A stretch of 64,000 bases of DNA from Nitrospirota bacterium. GTDB taxonomy: Bacteria > Nitrospirota > Thermodesulfovibrionia > Thermodesulfovibrionales > JdFR-85. The notes beneath the pieces were generated by a model. That model saw nothing but the letters and a program-made list of their open reading frames with translations. It was not told the origin of the DNA and ran no database searches. Each line of letters begins with the position of its first letter. Within the stretch, counting starts at the first letter, position 1. Positions 52,018 through 60,509 of this stretch are shown here, piece by piece. The position numbers and the translations under genes are program-made. The DNA is taken from positions 10,090-74,089 of the forward strand of contig JAADGG010000050.1 in the NCBI GenBank assembly GCA_013152485.1, given 5' to 3'.

Positions 52018-53184
52018 GTGAGAATCGCCTACTTCGACTGTTTCTCCGGAATAAGCGGAGACATGTGCCTCGGGGCCCTCGTGGATGCGGGGGTCTCCCT
52101 CGAGGAGATCCGCAGGAGGCTCGGTGCACTGGGGCTCGCCTCCTACAAGCTGAGAAGGCGCAGGGTGAAACGCGGGGGGATTTCGGCCACGAAGATCGAC
52201 GTCATCGTTCCCCGGAACGAACCGCCCCGAAAGGCCTCCGAGATCACAAACCTCATCGGCCGCTCGAAACTTCCCGAGCATATCAAGAGGAAGGGGCTCA
52301 GGATATTCAGGAAGTTGTTTCAGGCCGAGAAAAAGGTTCACGGCGTAAGGCTCAAAGACCTCCATCTCCATGAACTCTCAGCCACAGACTGCATAGTAGA
52401 CATAATAGGTACACTGCTGTGCCTCGATATGCTCGGCATAGAAGAGGTCAGGGCTTCTCCGCTGAACCTCGGTGGGGGGACGGTCCAGACAGAACACGGA
52501 CTCATGCCTGTTCCGGCTCCTGCAACTGCGCAGATCATCATGGGGATTCCGGTCTTCTCCTCGGGCATACAGAGAGAGCTGACCACCCCTACGGGTGCCG
52601 CCATAATCGCCGAAACAGCGGCGTCCTTTGGTCATTGCCCTCGAATGACCGTTACGGCGATCGGAGTCGGTGCTGGAGGGTACGACCTCGAAGAACAGCC
52701 CAATATCCTGAGGATATTCATCGGCGACGAGACCGGGCCCGCTCGCGAGGACGGCAAGACGGCGGAAAGGATAACGGTCATAGAGACGAACATCGACGAC
52801 ATGAATCCCCAGGTCTATGAGTATCTCATGGAGAGGCTGTTCGGGGCAGGGGCACTGGACGTCTTCCTGACCACGGTCATAATGAAGAAAAGCAGGCCGG
52901 GAGTCCTGCTGCGCGTACTCGTTCACCCTGCATCGAGCAGAAGGATTATGGACATACTCTTCGAGGAGACGACGACCCTCGGGATACGGTTCCATGAAAC
53001 GGAACGGATCTGCCTTGAACGCAGGACAGAAGAGGTGAGCACAGAGTTCGGTCCCGTCAGGTACAAGGTTGTCACCGCTGAAGGTTACGGCAGGGCCGTC
53101 CCGGAGTACGAGGACTGCCGCAGAATTGCCGAGACGACCGGGCTGCCGCTGGTCGATGTCATGAAGAAGCTGTCCCGGGGCTGA
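52018..53184 (+). CDS. larC: Nickel-pincer cofactor biosynthesis / nickel insertion protein LarC (DUF111)
   Basis: 388 aa with a GTG start after AGGAGG. N-terminal MRIAYFDCFSGISGDMCLGALVDAG and later TPTGAAI, ETNIDDM... Confidence 0.88.
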   Translation: MRIAYFDCFSGISGDMCLGALVDAGVSLEEIRRRLGALGLASYKLRRRRVKRGGISATKIDVIVPRNEPPRKASEITNLIGRSKLPEHIKRKGLRIFRKLFQAEKKVHGVRLKDLHLHELSATDCIVDIIGTLLCLDMLGIEEVRASPLNLGGGTVQTEHGLMPVPAPATAQIIMGIPVFSSGIQRELTTPTGAAIIAETAASFGHCPRMTVTAIGVGAGGYDLEEQPNILRIFIGDETGPAREDGKTAERITVIETNIDDMNPQVYEYLMERLFGAGALDVFLTTVIMKKSRPGVLLRVLVHPASSRRIMDILFEETTTLGIRFHETERICLERRTEEVSTEFGPVRYKVVTAEGYGRAVPEYEDCRRIAETTGLPLVDVMKKLSRG

Positions 53185-53295
53185 CACAGACACAACTTCG
53201 TCCCTCTGCGGCAATTTCATGCAACATGGACGGCCCATGCATTGTTGAAACGGAATATGGCATAATACAGAAAAACATCTCAAGGAGGTTCTCTC

Positions 53296-53622
53296 ATGAT
53301 TTCCACAGAACATTACAAGATAAAAAAGGCACCGACCTGTCCATACTGCAAACAGAAGATGACGAAGACCATCCCGCCTCCCTACAGTATCGGAGAGGGC
53401 TTCGGATGGGGGGTGAGCTACCTCTGGATATGCTTCAACGATGAATGCTCGCTGTTCGTCAAAGGCTGGGAGCACATGATGGAAAATTACGGCAAGGTCG
53501 CATCATACCGGTTCATGTGTCTGCCGGACAACGGCATGACGGAGACCATAGCCGTCTTCTCGCGCGACGGACTCAAGGGCGGAATCGTCGAAGAGGAAGA
53601 CGACGGGGAGGAGCAGGAATAA
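53296..53622 (+). CDS. Hypothetical zinc-ribbon protein with an acidic tail
   Basis: 108 aa with a strong SD (AAGGAGG). Cys pairs CPYC and C....C (ICFNDEC). Tail EEEDDGEEQE. Its stop is immediately followed by the hisH TTG start. Confidence 0.6.
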   Translation: MISTEHYKIKKAPTCPYCKQKMTKTIPPPYSIGEGFGWGVSYLWICFNDECSLFVKGWEHMMENYGKVASYRFMCLPDNGMTETIAVFSRDGLKGGIVEEEDDGEEQE

Positions 53623-54240
53623 TTGATCGTAATAGTCGACTACGGTATGGGAAACCTCCGGAGCGTCGAGAAGGGGTTTCTGAAGGTAGGCGTGGACGTC
53701 AAGGTAACATCGAACCCTCTCGACGTAGAAGACGCCTCGGCAGTGGTACTGCCCGGTGTCGGAGCCTTCCGCGACTGCATGAGGAACCTTGACGATCTGG
53801 ACCTGCTCAACGCAGTGCTCAAGTCCATAGAGAGAGGAAAGCCGTACCTCGGCATCTGCCTGGGCCTGCAGATACTCTTCAGCGAGTCCACGGAATTCGG
53901 CCACTGCAGGGGGCTCGACGTAATCAAGGGGAAGGTCGTAAGGTTTCCCGGCATGGGTCTCAAGATACCCCACATGGGATGGAACACCGTCAGTTTGAGA
54001 AAGAGGCCCCCCGTATTCAACGACGAGATCGGAGACGAGAGCTACTTCTATTTCGTTCACTCCTACTATGTGGTCCCGGACAGCAGTGAGTACGTCTCCG
54101 GCACTACCACCTATGGAATAGAGTTCACCTCCATGGTCTGGAAGGACAACATCATCGCCACCCAGTTCCACCCTGAAAAGAGCCAGAAACTCGGGCTCAG
54201 GGTTTTAAGGGGATTTGCTGAATTCGCAAGTAGGGCGTGA
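53623..54240 (+). CDS. hisH: Imidazole glycerol phosphate synthase, glutamine amidotransferase subunit
   Basis: 205 aa. Motifs: IVDYGMGNLRSV, LPGVGAF, GICLGLQ, HMGWN, FYFVHSY, QFHPEKS. Confidence 0.93.
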   Translation: MIVIVDYGMGNLRSVEKGFLKVGVDVKVTSNPLDVEDASAVVLPGVGAFRDCMRNLDDLDLLNAVLKSIERGKPYLGICLGLQILFSESTEFGHCRGLDVIKGKVVRFPGMGLKIPHMGWNTVSLRKRPPVFNDEIGDESYFYFVHSYYVVPDSSEYVSGTTTYGIEFTSMVWKDNIIATQFHPEKSQKLGLRVLRGFAEFASRA

Positions 54241-54311
54241 GGACGATGCCAGAGGGCTCCCAACCGGTCATGCCGTCTCCCCCGGACAGGGCGGCAAGAA
54301 GCCTAAACCGT

Positions 54312-54770
54312 TCATCCCCTCACCTCTGACAGCAGCTCACTGACGGTCTTCTTCAGCAGCGGATGCACTGCATCCGGAGCTATCTCTGAAAGCGGTCTGA
54401 GGACAAAGTCCCTCTCGTGCATGTGAGGATGAGGAATCGTGAGTCCCGTCTCATCGACCACCCTGTCGTCATAAAGCAGTATATCGATATCGATGATCCT
54501 CGGCCCCCATCTTCGGGTCTCCCTCCTTCCGAGGGATTTCTCTATCTCCTTTATCACCCTCAGGACCTCAACGGGTGTCAGCCCCGTGTGCGCCTCCACC
54601 GCCATGTTTATGAATCCTGGCTGATCCTTGACTCCCCACGGCTCGGTCTCATACTGGGAAGACACCCTGGAGACTCTCAGCCCCCTGATGTTCAGCTCTT
54701 CCAGGGCGCGGAGACAGTTGACCTTACGGTCGCCGAGGTTTGATCCGATACCTATGTAAACCGTGGACAT
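54312..54770 (-). CDS. folK: 2-amino-4-hydroxy-6-hydroxymethyldihydropteridine diphosphokinase
   Basis: Motifs: VYIGIGSNLGDR, YETEPWG, RWGPRIIDIDILLYDD, TIPHPHMHERDFVLRPL. The start is set at the internal Met; the ORF opens at 54806. Confidence 0.9.
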   Translation of the reverse strand: MSTVYIGIGSNLGDRKVNCLRALEELNIRGLRVSRVSSQYETEPWGVKDQPGFINMAVEAHTGLTPVEVLRVIKEIEKSLGRRETRRWGPRIIDIDILLYDDRVVDETGLTIPHPHMHERDFVLRPLSEIAPDAVHPLLKKTVSELLSEVRG

Positions 54771-54817
54771 ATCCTGCCGGTATGAAGAAGAGGGTGAATG
54801 CGACAAGAGAGAACCGG

Positions 54818-55987
54818 CTACAGCGCCTTTTTCATCCGTTCGACGGCCTCCTTGATCCGCTCCACGGACACGGTGAGGGCGAACCTTATATACCCTGCCC
54901 CTGGCTCGCCGAAACCGTTGCCGGGGGTACCGAGCACACCGGCCTTATCGAGCAGATGAACAACGAAGTCCTCCGAGGTGAACCCTTCGGGGACCCTGGC
55001 CCAAAGGTAAAAAGTTGCGTCGGGCCTGGTCACCCTCAACCCCATGTCAACAAGTCCTTCAAACAGCGCATCCCTCCTTGCCTGATAGGTGGCCCTTATG
55101 GATGACAGCAGGTTGTCGTCCGTTTCGAGAGCCACTATCGACGCCTCCTGAATGGCCTGAAAGACACCGGAGTCGAGGTTGGTCTTTATCTTGCCGAGCC
55201 CTGCGATCACCTCTCTGTTACCGACGGCAAACCCTATTCTCCAGCCCGTCATATTGTATGTCTTGGAGAGGGAGTGGAATTCGATGCCCACATCCTTTGC
55301 TCCATCCGTCTCCAGGAAGCTCAGGGGCTGCTTGTCGTCATAGTATATCTCAGAGTAAGCAGCATCATGACAGACGATGATATCGTACCTGTCCGCAATC
55401 TCGACGGCCTCATGGAAGAATTCGCTCCCTGCTGTGGCGCTCGTCGGATTGTTTGGGTAGTTCAGGAACATGATCCTTGCCCTTCTCAGGACCTCTTCGG
55501 GGATGGATGAAAAGTCGGGAAGAAAGCCCTTATCCTCGGTCAGGGGCATGAAGTAAGGCTCCCCGCCTGCAAAGAGCGCAGCTATGGAGTAGACCGGATA
55601 ACCGGGGGAGGGACACAGCACAACGTCCCCGGGATTCACAAAGGCAAGCGGTATGTGTCCGATGCCTTCTTTCGAGCCTATAAGCGAGAGCACCTCCGTG
55701 CCGGGATCGAGACTGACGTTGAACCTCCTGTCATACCATCTCGATACCGCCTCTCTATATGAAGGCATCCCGTCGTAAGACGGATACTTGTGATGCTCAG
55801 GCCTTTCCACGGCTGTTTTCATGGCTTCAACGATGTGTTGCGGGGTCGGCATGTCAGGGTCACCTATGCTCATGTCTATGAGGTCCACCCCTTTGTTTTT
55901 GGCCTCTGCCTTCATGCTGTCGATCCTGGCAAAAAGGTAGGGCGGAAGATTTTTTATCCTGTCGGCAAGTTCAATACTGATAGACAT
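54818..55987 (-). CDS. Class I/II PLP-dependent aminotransferase (LL-diaminopimelate aminotransferase-like)
   Basis: 389 aa. N-terminal LPPYLFARID..K......G.DLIDMSIGDPD.PTP, PLP-lysine region (SLSKTYNMTGWRIG), and a C-terminal IRFAL. Confidence 0.8.
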   Translation of the reverse strand: MSISIELADRIKNLPPYLFARIDSMKAEAKNKGVDLIDMSIGDPDMPTPQHIVEAMKTAVERPEHHKYPSYDGMPSYREAVSRWYDRRFNVSLDPGTEVLSLIGSKEGIGHIPLAFVNPGDVVLCPSPGYPVYSIAALFAGGEPYFMPLTEDKGFLPDFSSIPEEVLRRARIMFLNYPNNPTSATAGSEFFHEAVEIADRYDIIVCHDAAYSEIYYDDKQPLSFLETDGAKDVGIEFHSLSKTYNMTGWRIGFAVGNREVIAGLGKIKTNLDSGVFQAIQEASIVALETDDNLLSSIRATYQARRDALFEGLVDMGLRVTRPDATFYLWARVPEGFTSEDFVVHLLDKAGVLGTPGNGFGEPGAGYIRFALTVSVERIKEAVERMKKAL

Positions 55988-56237
55988 TGTACCTCCTTAA
56001 TTTGAGTTGCTGTTGCGGCAAGAATCGGAAACAAGCCGAAAGTCACATCCGAAAAAAGATTATTATAGCAGAACTGTACGGCAACAGTGCAAACTCGGTT
56101 CGCGGTACGGCGGCAACCCCTGAAGGGAAAAAGCAGGTAAAAGCAGTCGGAGCTGATCAGGAGTGACTTCGAGCAAGCCGCACCCGGGGTGTTGCGGACT
56201 CCCTGCAGCAAGAGTGAAGCAGCTCGTACGGGTGGAT

Positions 56238-56570
56238 CTAACAGACGGCTTCAGCGGGTGAGATCTCGGTAAGGTATCTTCCTACGGTGTTGCACAAGTC
56301 CAGGACGCCTTCTTCCTCCCTGACCAGGAGGTGAAACTCGCATCTCATGCAAGAGGCGTCCCCCTGCTTGCCCATCTCCTCCAGCACGTGCTGACAGCAG
56401 CTGTTCTCGATAACCCAGCAGACCCTGCCGCCGTTGACTCCGCCGTTCAGTCCGTCCGCAGAGACCTTCGTGGTAACCGGGCAGACACCGAGCTCTTCTG
56501 CGCGCATGCCGCCGGGCTCCCTGCCGCATCCCATGAATTCCCAGCAATTCAACTTCGGGTATCCTTTCAT
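56238..56570 (-). CDS. Stand-alone two-CW-domain (Cys-rich, putative metal-binding) protein
   Basis: 110 aa. LNCWEFMGCGREPGG...GVCPV......DGLNGGVNGGRVCWVIENSCC...C.RCEF matches, from memory, the two-CW domain pattern (NCWE..CGRE...CP...GG.N.GR.CW). The SD is weak. Confidence 0.65.
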   Translation of the reverse strand: MKGYPKLNCWEFMGCGREPGGMRAEELGVCPVTTKVSADGLNGGVNGGRVCWVIENSCCQHVLEEMGKQGDASCMRCEFHLLVREEEGVLDLCNTVGRYLTEISPAEAVC

Positions 56571-56687
56571 GAAATAAACTTAACATTAACCGCGGAGCCA
56601 GTAAAGGTAAAATTCACATGGGGAGGATAGCGGCCATACCCGGCAGGCTTACGGGACAGGGGAGAAAGGCGGCGGTACGGCCGGGGA

Positions 56688-56712
56688 AGGGCCGGCACGT
56701 GTGCCCGGCCCT
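56688..56712 (-). promoter_or_regulatory. GC-rich hairpin between the peptide gene and the two-CW gene (possible attenuator/processing site)
   Basis: + strand: AGGGCCGGCA-CGTG-TGCCCGGCCCT, a ~10-bp stem with one bulged C. It lies 46 nt past the peptide stop and has no U-tract. Confidence 0.35.
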
Positions 56713-56757
56713 CTCCACTCGGTCGACAGAAGTGATGTCAGCAGTGCTGCCGGACCA

Positions 56758-56973
56758 CTACCAGCAGATGTAGTACCATGTGCCGAGGGCATTCACCCAC
56801 GTGCATGGATTGCTCTGGAGGAACGTGATACTTGCGGCGTTCTTCATGTTTTTACCGTGAAGGGTCTTCTTGAACTCTCTCTTGGTCAATTTTTTCGGGG
56901 GGCCCATGTCACCCTTTTCCACCTTGACCGACCCGTCATCCATTACGGCTAACCTCATGACTACCCTCGGCAT
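56758..56973 (-). CDS. 71-aa hypothetical peptide with a Trp/Cys/Tyr-rich C-terminus
   Basis: Strong SD (GAAGGAGGT, 6-nt spacer) and host-like codon usage (AGG, AAG). Basic middle (KKLTKREFKKTLHGKNMKN). C-terminus ITFLQSNPCTWVNALGTWYYICW*. No signal peptide. Confidence 0.55.
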   Translation of the reverse strand: MPRVVMRLAVMDDGSVKVEKGDMGPPKKLTKREFKKTLHGKNMKNAASITFLQSNPCTWVNALGTWYYICW

Positions 56974-57055
56974 TACATACCTCCTTCGTATATTTGGATT
57001 TACGTCCGGACTCTCATGAACCCGGCAGCCCGAAACCCACGGTCGCGGATATCGT

Positions 57056-60000
57056 TCAGAAGGCCAACGTAACCCTGGCCACGATCAGTTGCTCCGGATA
57101 AATGGATGGATTTGTAGCGTCGGTATCCTGAAACTTGAACTTCTGATCAAACAAGTTCCGTGCCTCCACCGAAACGATACCATAGCGCCTGGAGAGCCGA
57201 TATCTTATGGAGGCATCAACCACCCAGAAATGGTCACTGTCCTCAAACGTAGCAAGGCTGAAGGGGTCGACAAACTTTCCCCTCTGAGCCACATAGGTCG
57301 CTCTCAGCATCGTCGTCAGCCCATTGCGGCTGAAGAGGGAGAGGCTCAGGGGCAGCCGCCGGGTCTTCAGGCGCTCGATGTCTTCAGGTCCGAAGTATTC
57401 AGGGCTCCTCTTGAAGTCTTCATACTGGTATTCGGCACTGATTGCGAGCCAGTACAGCGGGGTCAGGTACATGTAGAGACGGAGTTCGTCCTCTTCCCAG
57501 TCTGTCTCCTTGTTTTCAGTGACGGGTTCCGGAGAGGAAGGAGAGACCGTCACCATCCTGAACGGCACATCCAGCTTGCGCCGCGAGAGCTCCACCCCGG
57601 TGAACAGATCAGGAGAAAACTTCTGATCCACGGCAACGCCGTACCTCCAGGCATCCGTTCCGTTGGCATCATCGAAGAACTGGTTGAATCCGGCGACCTG
57701 GGTCGGTTCGATGGTCTGATTCGAGACGAGCTGTCTCTTCAGGGTCCTGAAGGCTGCGGCGCGGATGGTGGTATCAGAGGGAAGTGTCCAGGTAAGACCG
57801 ATCTTGGGATTGATCTGGCCCCTGTCTATGGTCCCGTTGTCGAAGAAGTCAGCGCTTCCCCCGATGGTCCATACAAGAGATCCGGGATAGCTGATGTGCG
57901 AATAGGCGTAAAGGTTGGTGTGGCTTACGTCGGTCTCCTCCACCGGTGAGACAGAGGTGAAATCGGGCAGGCCCGGAGTCTTGACGCTGGTCTTCGCCCT
58001 GTTCTCGACATCAGAGCTGAAATGGCCGAACCCGCTTATTATGCGGAAGTACTCGGCACTGTAAAGGTGCTGAACCTCTCCGAGGAAACCGCTCTCCTCG
58101 ATGTTAAGCCTCACCTCCGTCGTCCTGGGCACTCCATACACGAGCTCCGAAGTGGAGACACGGAAGCCGTATTCGGCACTCTTATGGATGGCTGAGGCTA
58201 TCACTTCCGAGTTCGGGGCGATCGAGTAACGGAGTCCGAGGCGTACTGACCGGGACTCTTCGTTCTCCCTCCTGGTCGGGAAGTAGGCATCGGGATCGAA
58301 ATTGAGCGAGAGGTCGCCGTTTTCCTTGTTCTTGTATCGGAGCTCGGCCTGTATGCTCATCTTGTGGGAGACGTTGTACTGGGTGAATATGTTGTAAATA
58401 TCCTCTTTCAGGTCGTTGTTTTCCCTGAAACCGTCGGTCTCGTAGTGGAACTGTCCCGCACTGAGGGAAAACCTGTCATGCACACCTGACGAGACGACTT
58501 CATCTCCGACTATGGCGTTTCCTCCGTAAACCCCGCTCAGCTGAAGTGCGATGCGGTTCCTGTTGAACAGGGGGTTGAACTCATTGAACGACAAATCCGC
58601 AGGCCCGGCGCCGTCGAAGATGAAAAGGTTGCTCTCCGCGAGTCGCGGCTGTACAGGAGTGATGTTCAGGGGCTGTAGCAGCTGGGACTGAAGCAGCTCG
58701 CTGACACGTGCTATCTCATGGCGCGGCTGGGAGGCATAGGTATCGGCAAGAAGCCTGTGGGCAGAGTAGTTCGTGGGATCGGTATTGACCGACTTCCATC
58801 CTTCCACCAGAGCAAGTCTCTGGAATCCAAGATCGCTGTAAATCCTGGCTATACTCGAGCTGCGGGCCGCAAGGTCCTCATCGAGCAGGAGCCTGGAGCG
58901 GTATACCGCACGGTTGTTATTCAGTTCTATCGCCTTCTGCATGTCGTGCAGCGCCTCTACAGGACGGTTAGTGCTCTGTTTCAGTATCGCGTCATAGAAG
59001 AACGGGGTCGGGTCATTCGGGTCGAGCTCCTCGGCTATGCCGTACTGCTCGCTCGAGAGATCGTCGCGTTTCTCTTCATAGTAAGCCTTGCCGAGATAGC
59101 TCCTCAGGATCGACTGGTTCGGATCCAGGCTTACCGCTATCTCGATCTCCCGCCGGCCTTCCTCCAGGTATCCCTGGCGGATCCTGGCAAGACCGAGGCC
59201 GAGGCGTGCGAGAGGGTCGGCCTGGTCGAGCTCGACGGCCTTCTCAAAGGCGGCCAACGCTTCCGGTATATCGGCCTGTGCAAGGCAGGCAAACCCGAGA
59301 ACCGTCTGGGTACGCGACAGGGCCGGGTTGAGCTCAACGGCCGTGTGTGCCGCATCAAGGGCCTTGTCGAGATCTCCGAAGGACAGCCTCATCTCTGACA
59401 GGCGTGCCCAGGCAAGGCTGTTTTCAGGAGCGACCTCGGTCGCCCTCAGCAGACTCCTCAGAGCCCCGTCGAGATCAAAGTTGGCCTGCTGTGCATAGGA
59501 GAGCGCGATCAGGGCCGTTGCCGACCGCGGATCGGCGTCAACGGCCCTCTGGGCAAGCATCAGCGCGCGCTCCTTGTCGTTCTGCACAACGGCGATCACC
59601 GACTGGAGTGCAACGGCCTGAACATTGTCGGGCGCCAGCGACAACGCCTGCTCTATATACCTGCGCGCCTCCTCGACACGGCCCACTGCAAGCAGCGCTG
59701 ATGCCCTGTAAGAAAGATAGAGCGGATCACTCTCATCCTCGGTTACCTCTTCGGTGTACTCCATGACGGGTGGATAGTAGAGTGCCCACTGGACCGCATC
59801 CCGCGGGCTGACCACAACCTTGAGCACAGGGGCCCTGCCCTCTTCAGCCACAGCCGACTGACCATCCGTCAATGTCAGGCTGCCGGCACTGTTGGAGGCC
59901 ACGACCTTCCCCTCGAAGACAGAGAGGCTGGTCCGCCCCTTATCAACACTGACGAGGAACTCGGTCCCTTCCACAGAGGCATTCACGTAAGGGGTTATGA

Positions 60001-60385
60001 CCTTCAAGGTCCGCGGGACACGGCTCAGGAAATGCACGACCCCCCTGATGATGTCGAGCAGGGACGTTTCTCTTCTCTCTATCCCGCTGAATGTTATGGT
60101 CGTGTTCTGGTCCAGGCGAATGATGGTTTCATTGCTGAGGACTATGGAGGCACGACTGTTTTCTCTGAGCCGGAACATGTCTCCGGAACAAAACGTATTG
60201 TTCAAGCTGACCGGCTGCCACCCTGAATCCCCGCTCCTTCTCACCTCGGCCGTTCCCTGGACGGAGACCACTCTTGCCACCACAGCCCTGCATTCCTCTG
60301 CCGCCAGGGAATGCGAGGGAAAGAGCACCGCGAGCAAAGAGACGAGCAGCAACGGCACAAACAGCCGATCAATAACAGACCTCAA
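57056..60385 (-). CDS. Secreted FecR-domain + TPR + C-terminal TonB-dependent-receptor-like beta-barrel fusion protein
   Basis: 1109 aa with a TTG start after AAGGAGG. Signal peptide (LLLVSLLAVLFPSHSLAA), then a FecR-like region (VARVVSVQGTAEVRR...GDMFRLRENSRASIVLSNETIIRLDQNTTITF). About 8 TPR-like repeats span ~230-560. The last ~500 aa are beta-strand-rich, with EARNLFDQKFKFQD and the terminal ...VARVTLAF. Confidence 0.8.
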   Translation of the reverse strand: MRSVIDRLFVPLLLVSLLAVLFPSHSLAAEECRAVVARVVSVQGTAEVRRSGDSGWQPVSLNNTFCSGDMFRLRENSRASIVLSNETIIRLDQNTTITFSGIERRETSLLDIIRGVVHFLSRVPRTLKVITPYVNASVEGTEFLVSVDKGRTSLSVFEGKVVASNSAGSLTLTDGQSAVAEEGRAPVLKVVVSPRDAVQWALYYPPVMEYTEEVTEDESDPLYLSYRASALLAVGRVEEARRYIEQALSLAPDNVQAVALQSVIAVVQNDKERALMLAQRAVDADPRSATALIALSYAQQANFDLDGALRSLLRATEVAPENSLAWARLSEMRLSFGDLDKALDAAHTAVELNPALSRTQTVLGFACLAQADIPEALAAFEKAVELDQADPLARLGLGLARIRQGYLEEGRREIEIAVSLDPNQSILRSYLGKAYYEEKRDDLSSEQYGIAEELDPNDPTPFFYDAILKQSTNRPVEALHDMQKAIELNNNRAVYRSRLLLDEDLAARSSSIARIYSDLGFQRLALVEGWKSVNTDPTNYSAHRLLADTYASQPRHEIARVSELLQSQLLQPLNITPVQPRLAESNLFIFDGAGPADLSFNEFNPLFNRNRIALQLSGVYGGNAIVGDEVVSSGVHDRFSLSAGQFHYETDGFRENNDLKEDIYNIFTQYNVSHKMSIQAELRYKNKENGDLSLNFDPDAYFPTRRENEESRSVRLGLRYSIAPNSEVIASAIHKSAEYGFRVSTSELVYGVPRTTEVRLNIEESGFLGEVQHLYSAEYFRIISGFGHFSSDVENRAKTSVKTPGLPDFTSVSPVEETDVSHTNLYAYSHISYPGSLVWTIGGSADFFDNGTIDRGQINPKIGLTWTLPSDTTIRAAAFRTLKRQLVSNQTIEPTQVAGFNQFFDDANGTDAWRYGVAVDQKFSPDLFTGVELSRRKLDVPFRMVTVSPSSPEPVTENKETDWEEDELRLYMYLTPLYWLAISAEYQYEDFKRSPEYFGPEDIERLKTRRLPLSLSLFSRNGLTTMLRATYVAQRGKFVDPFSLATFEDSDHFWVVDASIRYRLSRRYGIVSVEARNLFDQKFKFQDTDATNPSIYPEQLIVARVTLAF

Positions 60386-60509
60386 GTATACTTCCTCCTT
60401 TACCGGGGGAAACGCTCACCCCTGTCGACAAACATTTCCTTTAAAATATTATTCCCTTAAGCATGTATACACAAAGGGGTTGCCGGTACTCATATATTAC
60501 ACACTGCAT

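Noticed and set aside
55988-56237. 250-bp gap between the two-CW gene and the aminotransferase gene, as an sRNA or tRNA locus
   Set aside because: Only loose inverted repeats are present (GAGTTGCTGTTGC / GCAACAGTGCAAACTC). There is no tRNA cloverleaf or recognisable RNA family motif. It most likely holds just the terminator and promoter.
56251-56586. 111-aa alternative-frame ORF overlapping the two-CW gene
   Set aside because: Its translation is Arg/Gly-rich (…RRHARRRARC…) with no motif. The other frame gives the ordered Cys pattern of the two-CW domain.
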